Source of the DNA: a virus
Taxonomy: Duplodnaviria; Caudoviricetes
IMG/VR virus record: IMGVR_UViG_3300029448_000195
Coordinates: 1 to 33,134 of that record
DNA length: 33,134 nt
Strand: one strand, 5' to 3'
Made by a program: the position numbers and the translations under genes
Notes under the pieces: generated by a model
What the model was told of the DNA's origin: nothing
Database searches by the model: none
What the model saw: only the letters and a program-made list of their open reading frames with translations
Shown: positions 9,549 through 20,035 of the stretch, one piece after another
Layout: each line of letters begins with the position of its first letter
How positions within the stretch are numbered: position 1 is the stretch's first letter

Positions 9549-10096
9549 TGCCAAGATCTTTAAGTGCTGCAATACAGGCCCAGGTATCGGCACAGCAAAC
9601 TAATATTTGTTACTTGGTAGAATTTGCTCTTTCTTCAACAGTTAGGGCCACAGATTTTTATACAGATCTTGTTTTTAACTCAAATAGTTACTCAGCTGGT
9701 GGATCCTTTTTACAAATAAATCAAACACAGGAAACTGGCGAATTAAAAGTTGATGAGATCTCAATTACTTGTAGCAATGTAACTAATGAAATTAGATCCC
9801 TGGTATCAAATGGCAATTATGTAGATAAAAAAGTAACTGTAGATCTGGGCTTTTTAGATTCAAATGAAAGCCTGGTGGGTGCTATAAATTTCTTTACTGG
9901 CAACATTAGATCTGTGGCCATAAGTGAAACTGGCGATAGTACAGATATAAATATTATTGTTGCCAATCACTGGGCCAACTGGAACCTTACAAAAGGCCGC
10001 CATTTTTCCGATGAATCACAGCAAGCATTTAGCAGTGGTGATAAGGGTTTTGAATTTGCCACCGAGACAAAGGATGATATTAGGTGGGGTAGTTAA
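9548..10096 (+). CDS. Tail hub/baseplate protein (gpL/DUF2163-like)
   Basis: MPRSLS...; C-terminal GRHFSDESQQ...GDKGFEF...DIRWG. Confidence 0.72.
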   Translation: MPRSLSAAIQAQVSAQQTNICYLVEFALSSTVRATDFYTDLVFNSNSYSAGGSFLQINQTQETGELKVDEISITCSNVTNEIRSLVSNGNYVDKKVTVDLGFLDSNESLVGAINFFTGNIRSVAISETGDSTDINIIVANHWANWNLTKGRHFSDESQQAFSSGDKGFEFATETKDDIRWGS

Positions 10097-13000
10097 TGCT
10101 TCCACATTTTAAAAAACCAAAATTTTTACGAGAAATAGGTACAGGCGGTGCTAGAAGTAGTCCAAGCAGTGGCAATCCAGTAGTAGATTTTTTTGTTGCT
10201 GTGGGTTCATGGTTTGCATCCAGTAAAACTGCACAGGTTATTTGGACTGCATTTCAAATACTTACAGTTGCTGTTGGTATTAAGAATTATAGAACGGCCC
10301 AAGATCTATTAAACAAAGGCCAGGACATTTTGGCAACCAAGGTTGCGGCTGGTGGCAAGGTTCCAGTTATTTATGGAACCAGAAGGGTAGGTACACAGTT
10401 AATTTTTTTAGACACAGCTGATAATAGATCTAAAGATTTATTTTGTGTTTATGCTTTATCTGTTGGTGAAGTAGATCATATAGATTTAACAACCATTGAA
10501 ATTAATGGGGTGCCAATACAGGACACTAAAGTTTATAGAGATGGTTTTTATTTAGGATCTGACAAAATTAATTCTGGTGCAGGATCTTTAAATACAGCAA
10601 CTCAGATAGGCGGCATTAACAGCACATCATCTGGCGGTCTAAGTGGTACAGATCCAACAAAAAGATATAGATTTGTTTGTAATGCACATCATGGAGCCGC
10701 AAGCCAAACTGTTGATCCAATGCTTAATGCCTCTATTGCAAGCAAATGGACAACCGCACATAAATTAAACGGCATTGCTTATATAGCTTTTAGTGCTGAG
10801 TTTGATAGCAAGGCCATGTTTAAGGGCCTTCCACAAATAACAGTAGTTGTAAGAGGTAAAAAAGTTTTTGATCCCAGAGACGGCAACCAGACATTTGGCA
10901 CTACTAGCACTTATACATATTCAAACAACCCAGCTTTATGTTTCCTAGACTATATATCTAATTCTGAATATGGAAAGGGCCTTGGATCTAACGAATTAAA
11001 TTTTACTACTTTTGGAACAGCTGCTACAGCTTGCGATACTTTAGTTAACACGCCAGATTTTAATGGATCCGCAACATCAATAACATTTAGTGGAACAACA
11101 GGTACAAATCAAATAACCACAACTGAAGCTATTTGGAAAAAAATTAGGGCTGGCGATAAGTTGTATTTAACAGACAGCAGTTCTGGAACAGTATTTGATG
11201 GTGTCCAGGTAGATTCTACATCCAGAGATCATTATTACGGCTCAGACCAAACCAATAAAGTTATTTTTGGATCTAATTTAGGATCTACATTTACCGATGA
11301 AACAGGAACAGTATTGGTTAAGACCAACAGATTTCAATGTAATGGTGTAATTGACTGCAATAAAACAGTTATGGAAAACAGCCAGGCATTGTTGGCTTCA
11401 ATGCGAGGCATATTTAATTATGTTGATGGCAAATATGAACTGGCAATAGAAGATACTGGATCTTCAACTTTTTCAGTAACTGACGATCACATAATAAGTG
11501 ATGGCGGCATAAGCATTAACTATGGCAACAAAGACAATCGATATAATAAAGTGGTTGTTAATTATTTTAATTCACAAAAAGGATATGAGGCAGATACTGT
11601 TACTGTTTTACATTCTGCAACCACAGATGCAAATGATTTTACTTCAGACGATGGTGGTGAAGAATTAGAAATTAAAATTGACTGTGAGTTTGTAAGCTCT
11701 CCTTATGTTGCATACAACATGGGCCGTGGTTTATTGGCCAGAAGTAGATACCAAACACAAATAACATTCCAGGCAACTCCAGAATTATACAAATGTAATG
11801 TTGGGGATATTATTGATATTACTTATTCTCCATTAGATCTAAGTTCAACCCTTTATAGAATTGAAACCATAGATCTATTGCCAAATGGTTTGTTAAGTGT
11901 AACCGCCATAATTTATATAGATGTTTATACTTATACTTTGCCAGCAGCTGCTAATGTTGCTCCCAAAGCAGATTTACCTTCAGCATTTGCCCTGGTAACA
12001 CCAACAGGGCTATCTTTTGTTGATACTGATGCCTCATCAACTGGCCGTGCATACATTACCTGGACAGAAGTTGATACATACCCAGTAAATGAATATAGAG
12101 TAATTATTAAAAGTGGATCTACGGCTGTTTATAATAATATTGTTACATCCAATTATGCTTTTTTAGATATGCTTCCAGCTGGATCATATACAGCTGAAGT
12201 TACGGCTATTAATTCTGTTAAAGCAGAATCAGAGGCTGGCACTTTATCTTTTACAGTTGCAGATCTTCCAGTTAGAACAGAGGATGTTCAGTCAGCTGCA
12301 ATCACAACCCTTAAACTTGCTGCTGATGCAGTTACAAACGCTAAACTAGCCGTGGATTCTATCCAGGGTGATGTTATTGCTGCTGGTGCGATAACTGAGC
12401 AAAAATTTGCAGACGATTCTATTTCAGCTGATAAGTTAAAATCAAATTCTGTAACTACAGTTAAAATTTTGGCTAGAAATATAGTTGCTGAATCTATTGG
12501 AACAGATGCTGTAATTGCCAGGACAATACAAACAGATGCAGTAACCGCTGACAAAATACAAGCAGATGCTGTTACAGCAAATAAAATTAATGTTACAAAT
12601 TTAGCGGCAATAAATGCTGACATGGGAACCATTACAGCTGGCACCATTTCAGCTGGAACAGTTAAAGCTACAACGCTTGAATTAAATGGAACAACGCTAA
12701 GTGCAGATGCTAATGGATTAAAAATAGCAGCCAGCGGTGTTTCTTCTGGAGAGTTGGGAACTAGATCTGTTGGATCTATGGTTGTAAATGGGGCCTCTGG
12801 ATCTAGCAGTTTTGGCGATGGTAGATCTGGAGATAATTTTGGCAGCTTAATACAAGCAACATTTACTACAGCTGAGGCTGGAGATTATCAAATTGTTGGC
12901 AATTGCATGGTAGGTGGAACCATTAACAATTTAACCCAGGTAGAATCAAGAATAAGAATTGGCTCAACTGTTATAGCTGATTACAATTCTCCAGTTGGTG

Positions 13001-13167
13001 GCAATATGCTACAGCCCATTATTCTTGCTGGTAAAGTAACACTTGCTGCAAATACAAGCTATACAGCAATTATGGAAGGCCAGGTAATTCAAGATAATTC
13101 TGGAGTAACACCAGCCATTGCTGGTTTTAGCACTAGAATTTCAGCACTTAAATTAAATAAACAATAA
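10096..13167 (+). CDS. Tail tip/central fibre protein (gpJ-like)
   Basis: 1023 aa; VPVIYGTRRVG, VVRGKKVFDPR, SNNPALCFLDY, RFQCNGVID; FN3-like segment; DAVTADKI-type repeats near the C-terminus. Confidence 0.88.
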   Translation: MLPHFKKPKFLREIGTGGARSSPSSGNPVVDFFVAVGSWFASSKTAQVIWTAFQILTVAVGIKNYRTAQDLLNKGQDILATKVAAGGKVPVIYGTRRVGTQLIFLDTADNRSKDLFCVYALSVGEVDHIDLTTIEINGVPIQDTKVYRDGFYLGSDKINSGAGSLNTATQIGGINSTSSGGLSGTDPTKRYRFVCNAHHGAASQTVDPMLNASIASKWTTAHKLNGIAYIAFSAEFDSKAMFKGLPQITVVVRGKKVFDPRDGNQTFGTTSTYTYSNNPALCFLDYISNSEYGKGLGSNELNFTTFGTAATACDTLVNTPDFNGSATSITFSGTTGTNQITTTEAIWKKIRAGDKLYLTDSSSGTVFDGVQVDSTSRDHYYGSDQTNKVIFGSNLGSTFTDETGTVLVKTNRFQCNGVIDCNKTVMENSQALLASMRGIFNYVDGKYELAIEDTGSSTFSVTDDHIISDGGISINYGNKDNRYNKVVVNYFNSQKGYEADTVTVLHSATTDANDFTSDDGGEELEIKIDCEFVSSPYVAYNMGRGLLARSRYQTQITFQATPELYKCNVGDIIDITYSPLDLSSTLYRIETIDLLPNGLLSVTAIIYIDVYTYTLPAAANVAPKADLPSAFALVTPTGLSFVDTDASSTGRAYITWTEVDTYPVNEYRVIIKSGSTAVYNNIVTSNYAFLDMLPAGSYTAEVTAINSVKAESEAGTLSFTVADLPVRTEDVQSAAITTLKLAADAVTNAKLAVDSIQGDVIAAGAITEQKFADDSISADKLKSNSVTTVKILARNIVAESIGTDAVIARTIQTDAVTADKIQADAVTANKINVTNLAAINADMGTITAGTISAGTVKATTLELNGTTLSADANGLKIAASGVSSGELGTRSVGSMVVNGASGSSSFGDGRSGDNFGSLIQATFTTAEAGDYQIVGNCMVGGTINNLTQVESRIRIGSTVIADYNSPVGGNMLQPIILAGKVTLAANTSYTAIMEGQVIQDNSGVTPAIAGFSTRISALKLNKQ

Positions 13168-13403
13168 TGAGCACCATATACGCACCAACGCCAGAAAATC
13201 CTTTAACAACGACACAGAAAATAAGGAACCAAAGACTGTTTATGTTACAGGATTGCGATTGGTCTGTTGGTGTTGATAGCCCATTTAACGATGCAAAAAA
13301 AGCAGAGTGGATAACATACAGGCAAGCGTTAAGAGATTTGCCATCTCAATACACCGATGCTGATAACTTTGCAGATGTAATTTTTCCCACACCGCCAGAA
13401 TAA
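13167..13403 (+). CDS. Tail fibre assembly chaperone
   Basis: IRNQRLFMLQDCDW...EWITYRQALRDLP...FPTPP. Confidence 0.85.
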   Translation: MSTIYAPTPENPLTTTQKIRNQRLFMLQDCDWSVGVDSPFNDAKKAEWITYRQALRDLPSQYTDADNFADVIFPTPPE

Positions 13404-13441
13404 AAATATATATGCGAAAAGATCTTAATAAAAGTAAAATT

Positions 13442-13458
13442 TATAAACAACAAAAGGG
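13442..13458 (+). promoter_or_regulatory. 17-bp motif TATAAACAACAAAAGGG, copy 1
   Basis: Exact copy; ends 6 bp before ATG 13465. Confidence 0.85.
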
Positions 13459-13464
13459 TGGCTA

Positions 13465-16371
13465 ATGGCTCAACATGATTACAATTTAATTAATCAATCT
13501 GGAGCAAACTTCAGAACTGATTTAAACAATGCACTTACTGCAATTGTTTCTAATAACTCTGGAGCCTCAGAACCAGCAACTATGTTTGCCTATGAATTAT
13601 GGGTAGATACTAGCAACTCAGTTATGAAGATCCGCAACAGCGGAAATAGTGCCTGGATAACTTTGCCTTTTAGCATTGGCACCAGCAATAGTGTTGATAT
13701 AAATGCTGGCACAGTTAATGGCATTACCAGTTTATCTTTTAGTAGTGGATCCACAGTTGCATCAATTTTAGATGAAGATAATTTAAGTTCAGATAGTGCA
13801 ACAGCTTTAGCAACTCAACAATCAATTAAGGCTTATGTTGATAGCCAGGTTACGGCCCAGGATTTAGACTTTCAAGCAGATAGCGGTGGTGCTTTATCCA
13901 TTGATTTAGATAGCGAAACTTTTACCTTAACTGGTGGCACAGGAATTGATACAGCTGGATCTGGTAATACAGTTACTTTTTCTATTGATTCTACAGTTGC
14001 AACCTTAACTGGATCTCAGACACTTACAAACAAAACCATTGATCTTGATAACAACACAGTTTCAAACATTGAGGTTGATAATTTAAAATCTGGTGTCCTG
14101 GACACAGACTTAACCTCAGTTTCTGGATCTGATGATACTCTGGCCTCAGCAAAAGCAATTAAGACTTATGTTGATGCGGCCATAACAGCTGAAGATCTTG
14201 ATATAAGCGATGGATCTAATTCTGGATCTATAGATCTTGATTCAGAAACTTTAGGCTTGCTCGGTGGCACGGGTGTTACCTCTGCTTTATCTGGTAACAA
14301 CATTACATTTTCTATTGGCCAAGCGGTTGGCACTTCAGACAATGTGCAATTTGGAGTTGTTACAGCTGCATTGACTGGTAATGTAACTGGCCAGGCAAGT
14401 GATATATCTAATCATTCAACCTCAGATCTAAGCGAAGGATCTAATCTTTATTTTACCAATGAAAGAACAGACGATAGGATTGCTGCATTAATACAAAATG
14501 GAACAGGTATAACCTGGACTTATGATGATGCCTCTGGAACATTAACTGGCGTTGTATCGTTATCAGCTTTTAATACATCGCAATTATCAGAATCTGGCAA
14601 CTTGTATTACACAGATGCTAGAGCAAGGGCCGCAATATCAGAAAACTCTGCTCAACTTTCATATAATTCCTCTACTGGTGTTTTAACTTATACCCAGGGA
14701 AATTCAGACACAGTATCAGAAGGATCTACTAATTTATTTTATACAGATGCCAGAGTAGCAACCAAGATTGATTCTTATGTTAATAAAGCATTTGTAGATG
14801 CACTTAATGTTGTAGCTGCATCAACCTCTGGAAATGCAGCCACGGCCACGGCCCTGGCAACAACCAGGACATTTTCTATTACAGGCGATGCTACAGCTTC
14901 CGCACAAGACTTTGATGGATCTGGCAATGTTGTTTTAACTCTTACAATTGATAATGATGCAGTTGCCCTGGGAACAAAAACCACAGGAAATTATGTGGCC
15001 ACAATTGCTGGCACCACTAATGAGATTGAAGTAACTGGATCTGGATCTGAAACAGCAGCTGTAACCATTGGCCTTCCAGATGATGTAACAATAGCTGGAA
15101 ATTTAACAGTCAATGGAACTACAACCACAGTTAACACAGACACATTAGCAGTTAAAGATCCGTTAATTAAATTGGCCACAGATAATGCTGGTGCTGATTC
15201 AGTAGATATAGGTTTTTATGGCCTTTATGATACTTCTGGATCCCAAGATCTTTATGCAGGCCTTTTTAGGGATGCCAACGATAGTGGTAAATTTAAACTG
15301 TTCAAAGATCTGCAAGCAGAACCAACAACCACAGTTAATACAAGTGGAACTGGATATGCTGGCGGTACACTTGTTGCAACCATTGAAGGTAATGTAACTG
15401 GTAATGTTACAGGCCAAATTTCCACTTTATCTAATCACGATACAGATAATTTAAGCGAAGGATCCACAAATTTATATTTTACTAATGCCAGGGCAAGATC
15501 TGCAATTTCAGCAACAGGAGATATTTCTTATAACAGTTCAACTGGTGTTATATCTTTTACAGCTTCAGCTGCACCAGTAACTTCTGTTAATTCAGAAACA
15601 GGGGCCGTAGTTTTAGATACTGGAGATATTGCTGAAAGCGGCAATCTTTATTACACAGATGCCAGGGTTGCTACAAAAGTTGATTCCTATGTCAATAAAG
15701 CATTTGTTGATAATTTATCAGTGGTAGCTGCAAGTGCTACAGTTCTTGCTAACGCCAGGACAATAGCTGGCGTATCATTTAATGGATCTGCAAACATTTC
15801 TCTGGACACTTCTAACATTACTGAAGATAGCAGTTATTTATATTACACAGATGCCAGGGCAAACAGTGCAATTGATGCCAGAGTAACTAATACCTTTATT
15901 AATAATTTGAGTGGCGTTGTTGCAGATACATCTACAGCACTTGCAACAGGAAGAACAATTGGAATGACTGGCGATGTTGTTTGGACTTCTGCAAGTTTTG
16001 ATGGATCTGGCAATGTAACAGGATCCGCAACCATACAAGCAGATGCAGTAGAACAGTCAATGATTGCAGATGATGCGGTAGGTGCAGATCAATTAGCAAG
16101 CAGTTCAGTTGTTACGGCCTCAGTTGTTGATGATGCGATAACCCAGGCCAAAATAGCTGCCAACTCAGTTGGCATAACAGAATTAAATGTAAGTGATGGT
16201 AGCAATGGCCAGGCCTTAAAAACAGATGGAAGCGGCAACTTATCTTTTGGATCAGTTTCCGTTTCTCAAACATTAACAGTAGTTGGCCGTGCAGCCAATG
16301 TAGCAATAACAATAACAAGTGGAGTGCTGGGTGTTATAGCCAGATCTGGCACTATCAATGTAGGAGTATAA
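13465..16371 (+). CDS. Long tail fibre protein with internal repeats
   Basis: 968 aa, rich in Ser/Thr/Gly/Asp; N-terminal MAQHDYNL...FRTDLNNAL; six (N/Y)L(Y/F)(Y/F)T(D/N)(A/E)R repeats. Confidence 0.85.
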   Translation: MAQHDYNLINQSGANFRTDLNNALTAIVSNNSGASEPATMFAYELWVDTSNSVMKIRNSGNSAWITLPFSIGTSNSVDINAGTVNGITSLSFSSGSTVASILDEDNLSSDSATALATQQSIKAYVDSQVTAQDLDFQADSGGALSIDLDSETFTLTGGTGIDTAGSGNTVTFSIDSTVATLTGSQTLTNKTIDLDNNTVSNIEVDNLKSGVLDTDLTSVSGSDDTLASAKAIKTYVDAAITAEDLDISDGSNSGSIDLDSETLGLLGGTGVTSALSGNNITFSIGQAVGTSDNVQFGVVTAALTGNVTGQASDISNHSTSDLSEGSNLYFTNERTDDRIAALIQNGTGITWTYDDASGTLTGVVSLSAFNTSQLSESGNLYYTDARARAAISENSAQLSYNSSTGVLTYTQGNSDTVSEGSTNLFYTDARVATKIDSYVNKAFVDALNVVAASTSGNAATATALATTRTFSITGDATASAQDFDGSGNVVLTLTIDNDAVALGTKTTGNYVATIAGTTNEIEVTGSGSETAAVTIGLPDDVTIAGNLTVNGTTTTVNTDTLAVKDPLIKLATDNAGADSVDIGFYGLYDTSGSQDLYAGLFRDANDSGKFKLFKDLQAEPTTTVNTSGTGYAGGTLVATIEGNVTGNVTGQISTLSNHDTDNLSEGSTNLYFTNARARSAISATGDISYNSSTGVISFTASAAPVTSVNSETGAVVLDTGDIAESGNLYYTDARVATKVDSYVNKAFVDNLSVVAASATVLANARTIAGVSFNGSANISLDTSNITEDSSYLYYTDARANSAIDARVTNTFINNLSGVVADTSTALATGRTIGMTGDVVWTSASFDGSGNVTGSATIQADAVEQSMIADDAVGADQLASSSVVTASVVDDAITQAKIAANSVGITELNVSDGSNGQALKTDGSGNLSFGSVSVSQTLTVVGRAANVAITITSGVLGVIARSGTINVGV

Positions 16372-16372
16372 G

Positions 16373-17383
16373 ATGAGTGATTTTTTCCCTTTAATAGTTG
16401 ATGGCAGTGGAACGCCAGCAATCAAAGAGATCCCCAGCGGTGATGTATTAGATTTAACTGGTGTAACAGTTAAGGCAATTACTGTTGATGGTGTCTCATC
16501 TTTTTCAGATGGATCTGCTGCGGCTCCGTCAATCACCAATACTGGCGATACAAATACTGGTTTATTATTTAGTGCTGCTGACAAAATGCAATTTTCTTCT
16601 GGTGGCGTTGCTCAATTTACATTAGAAGATGGTGCCATTGTTCCAGTTACAGATAATGATATTGATTTAGGCACATCTTCTTTAGAGTTTAAAGATGCTT
16701 ACTTTGACGGCACTGTAACCTCAGATGCTTTTGCTGGCCCATTAACAGGTGATGTAACTGGTAATGTTTCTGGTAGTGCGGCCACTGTAACTGGTGCAGC
16801 ACAATCTAGCATTACAAGTCTTGGAACACTAACAACGCTTACAGTTGATAATGTAATTGTTAATGGTACTAATATTGGTCATACATCTGATACAGATTTA
16901 ATGACACTTGCTGATGGAGTATTAACAGTAGCAGGAGAGGTTGATGCCACAAGTTTAGATGTTTCTGGCGATATAGATGTTGATGGAACATCCAACTTAG
17001 ACAATACAGATATAGATGGAACCTTAAATACTTCTGGCGTTGTTACATCTCAAACCTCAGCAAACATTAGCCAGGTGGCCATTACATCAAGTTCAAATGC
17101 TGTTGCCTGGGATGCAGCGGCAGCGGCCAATGCCTATCATGTAACCACAGAAAATACGACCATTTCATCTCCTAGTAATTCAACTGAAGGTGCAATTATT
17201 ACGCTTGAACTGGCCCAGGGCGGAACAGCTAGAACAATCGCTTGGAATACAGTCTTTGAGTTTGCTGCAAGTACAGCACCAACTGTTACAGCTACCGCAA
17301 ACAAAACTGACATTTTCAGCTTTAGATATAACGGCTCAGTCTGGCAAGAAATTGGTAGAGTTCAAAACATGGCACAAACCTAA
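16373..17383 (+). CDS. Tail fibre/virion structural protein
   Basis: 336 aa; DGSAAAPSITNTGDTNTGL, DNDIDLGTSSLEFKD, QSSITSLGTLT; C-terminal QGGTARTIAWN...TDIFSFRYNG. Confidence 0.78.
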   Translation: MSDFFPLIVDGSGTPAIKEIPSGDVLDLTGVTVKAITVDGVSSFSDGSAAAPSITNTGDTNTGLLFSAADKMQFSSGGVAQFTLEDGAIVPVTDNDIDLGTSSLEFKDAYFDGTVTSDAFAGPLTGDVTGNVSGSAATVTGAAQSSITSLGTLTTLTVDNVIVNGTNIGHTSDTDLMTLADGVLTVAGEVDATSLDVSGDIDVDGTSNLDNTDIDGTLNTSGVVTSQTSANISQVAITSSSNAVAWDAAAAANAYHVTTENTTISSPSNSTEGAIITLELAQGGTARTIAWNTVFEFAASTAPTVTATANKTDIFSFRYNGSVWQEIGRVQNMAQT

Positions 17384-17384
17384 T

Positions 17385-18905
17385 ATGGAAACGCTACAGC
17401 GTACAGCAAATAGAGGAAGCATATCTACTGGGTATGATATTGATAACTCTTTGAAGTTTGAAGCTGATAATAGAGAATATTTACGCTGGAATGATATTAG
17501 TAGTTATGCTTCTTCTACTCGTAAAAAAACTTTTAGCTTCAGTGCTTGGGTTAAACTTGCTGAAGTTGGTTCTCAATGTATGATTTGGAGTACTGCTGCT
17601 AATGGCTATTTAACTATTCAAGCAAGTGGTGTTATCAAATGGCAACAAACTTATGGTGGTGTGCAAAAAACTTTAAATACAAATAGAGTTTTTAGAGATA
17701 CTTCAGCATGGTACAACATAATTATTGCTGTAGATTCAACACAAAGTACTGAAGCAAATAGGTCAAGATTGTATGTTAATGGTGTAGAGGAAACTTCTTT
17801 CAGTTCAGCTACTTATCCTAGTCAAAACGCTGAAGCACAAAATGTTTATGAACAACATCATTATGTTGGTGAGTGGGGTGGTGGTCAATCTGGGTGGTGC
17901 GGTTATATCGCAAATCCTACTTTTATTTCAGATGCACAAATAACACCATCTGATGTTGGTGAGTTTGATGAAGATAGTGGAATTTGGAAACCAAAAGAAT
18001 ATACAGGAACAATTAGTTCACCTAGTTACTTTTTAGAATTTAAAGATAGTTCTGATTTAGGTAATGCAACATCGGGTTTAAATGTATCTACCTTAAACAA
18101 CATCACATCCGCAGACCAATCTGTGGACAGCCCTACTAATAATTTTTGCATAATCAACAATAATACTAGGCAAGGCAATCAATATGGAGCCTATAATTCA
18201 AACCAACAAGCAACCAATGGTGGAACTGTTATAGTGGAACCAACTGGTTCTTTTGGTCAAATATCAGCAACTATGGGTGTTGGTGCAGGTAAATGGTATT
18301 GGGAAATGAAAGCTGTTGGTATGGTTAGTTTTAGTGCTGCGGGCCAAGTATATGGCATTACATCACCAGTTAATTTGGGTGGCTCAGAATCAAGGTCAGA
18401 AATTAGACCAGGGGCAACAACCGCAGTAGATACTTCAGCACAATACGCTATTTATCCTTTGTATGCAGACCAAAGCAGAAGTTACAGAGGGGATTCTGAT
18501 AGCAGTGCTAATTGGACTTCTAGCGATGAGGGTGCGGCTAATAATGTAATTTGGAGAATAGCTTTAGATTTAGATAATGGAAAAATTTGGTATGGTAGAA
18601 ATAATGTATGGCTACCAGATAAAGATACAGATACAGCCAGCAATCCATCTACAGGTTCCAATGCTAGAGACACAGATTTATTAGGAGCCACAAGATTGGT
18701 GGATGGATTTTATTTGCCTTCTTTTGGAAGTTACAATGGAAATGAAGGGCACACCATACAAACTAATTTTGGTGGGTATTCAATAATATCTAATTCAAAA
18801 AGTTATAGCGATGGCAATAACTACGGAGCATTTGTTTATGAGGTTCCAACTGGATTTTATTCTTTGTGTTCACGAAATATTGCAGAATTTGGGGGTGAAG
18901 CATAA
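17385..18905 (+). CDS. Putative receptor-binding protein (LamG/ConA-like plus SPRY-like domains)
   Basis: ATG 17385 lies just after the upstream stop; FSFSAWVK, FRDTSAWYNII, RLYVNGV, GKWYWEMK, ALDLDNGKIWYGRN, NFGG. Confidence 0.78.
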   Translation: METLQRTANRGSISTGYDIDNSLKFEADNREYLRWNDISSYASSTRKKTFSFSAWVKLAEVGSQCMIWSTAANGYLTIQASGVIKWQQTYGGVQKTLNTNRVFRDTSAWYNIIIAVDSTQSTEANRSRLYVNGVEETSFSSATYPSQNAEAQNVYEQHHYVGEWGGGQSGWCGYIANPTFISDAQITPSDVGEFDEDSGIWKPKEYTGTISSPSYFLEFKDSSDLGNATSGLNVSTLNNITSADQSVDSPTNNFCIINNNTRQGNQYGAYNSNQQATNGGTVIVEPTGSFGQISATMGVGAGKWYWEMKAVGMVSFSAAGQVYGITSPVNLGGSESRSEIRPGATTAVDTSAQYAIYPLYADQSRSYRGDSDSSANWTSSDEGAANNVIWRIALDLDNGKIWYGRNNVWLPDKDTDTASNPSTGSNARDTDLLGATRLVDGFYLPSFGSYNGNEGHTIQTNFGGYSIISNSKSYSDGNNYGAFVYEVPTGFYSLCSRNIAEFGGEA

Positions 18906-20014
18906 TGGGTAAATATACTTCAATAGACAGGCCAGAAGATCATTTTACTACAATGACTTATACAGGAGATGGATCAACCTCTAGGGCATTAGTTAATGGC
19001 GGAGAAAATAATTTAAAGCCAGATATTTTGTGGATTAAGAAACAAACTGCTGCTGCTAGTTATTATTGGGGCACTAGCTCATGGAGAACAGATGCTGGAG
19101 ATATAAGTGCACATTTGTATTTTGAAACAGATCAAAATGGTGCAAGAGTTTATGATACAACCTCTGGAAAATCATTTGATACTGATGGCTTTACAATTGG
19201 CCAAAATGCTGGAGTAAATACTAATGCAGATAAATACATCGCTTGGCAATTTAAAATGCAAGGTGGTAGCTTGACAACAAATAGTGATGGCGATGTAAAT
19301 ACATCCATTCAAGTAAACAGTGATGCAAAAATTTCAAGCGGAACTTATGTAGGTAATGGTACGGCTGATACAAGTTTTGGTCATGGGTTGGGATTAAAAC
19401 CAGATTGGTTATTTATAAGGTCTTATTCAAGATCTGAAGATGGCAAAGTTTATATGAAGGGCGCTGAAACTGCCAATGGTGGTATGCAGACACTTAATGA
19501 ACAGGCAGTACCTAATGATTCAAATAATCTTATGTATTCACAACCAACATCAAGCGTTTTTTCAACTGGTGCCGCTTTGGAAGTAAATCAAAATAATGGC
19601 AAACTTGTTTTTTGGGCCATGTCTAATGTTCAAGGTTTTTCAAAATGTGGTAGTTTTTGTGGCAATGGAACTGCTGATGATGGGCCATTTATCTACCTAG
19701 GTTTTACCCCATCTTTTGTAATGATAAAAAGGACTGATTCAACAAATGACTGGATCATACATAGCTATAAATTAGGAACAAATGCTGGTAGTGGCAATAA
19801 TATTGGAAACTTATTTAATCAAAACGATTGCACTTTAAAAGCAAACACAAATGCACAAGCAAGTTCATATGGTGAAATTGATATGTTATCTAATGGATTT
19901 AAAGTTAGATTAGGTGGTGCTGCTGAAAATGCAGCAAATGGTAAATATGCGTATCTTGCTATAGCCATACATCCAATGGTTACAAGTGGCGGAGTGCCAG
20001 CTTGTGCAGTTTAA
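18905..20014 (+). CDS. Virion/tail-associated protein with repeated YTGNG...KPD.LWIK units
   Basis: YTGDG...KPDILWIKK; YVGNG...HGLGLKPDWLFIRS; GNG...GPFIYLGFTPSFVMIKRTD. Confidence 0.72.
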   Translation: MGKYTSIDRPEDHFTTMTYTGDGSTSRALVNGGENNLKPDILWIKKQTAAASYYWGTSSWRTDAGDISAHLYFETDQNGARVYDTTSGKSFDTDGFTIGQNAGVNTNADKYIAWQFKMQGGSLTTNSDGDVNTSIQVNSDAKISSGTYVGNGTADTSFGHGLGLKPDWLFIRSYSRSEDGKVYMKGAETANGGMQTLNEQAVPNDSNNLMYSQPTSSVFSTGAALEVNQNNGKLVFWAMSNVQGFSKCGSFCGNGTADDGPFIYLGFTPSFVMIKRTDSTNDWIIHSYKLGTNAGSGNNIGNLFNQNDCTLKANTNAQASSYGEIDMLSNGFKVRLGGAAENAANGKYAYLAIAIHPMVTSGGVPACAV

Positions 20015-20035
20015 AATAAAAAAGAGGAATTAATT

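Noticed and set aside
14730-15735. Fibre duplications as the template/variable repeat pair of a diversity-generating retroelement
   Set aside because: No reverse transcriptase is present, both copies are in frame in one gene, and the differences are not confined to adenines.
17190-17384. 65-codon upstream extension of the LamG/SPRY ORF as a possible frameshift fusion
   Set aside because: It overlaps the coding end of the previous gene, I see no slippery heptamer, and ATG 17385 lies right after the stop.
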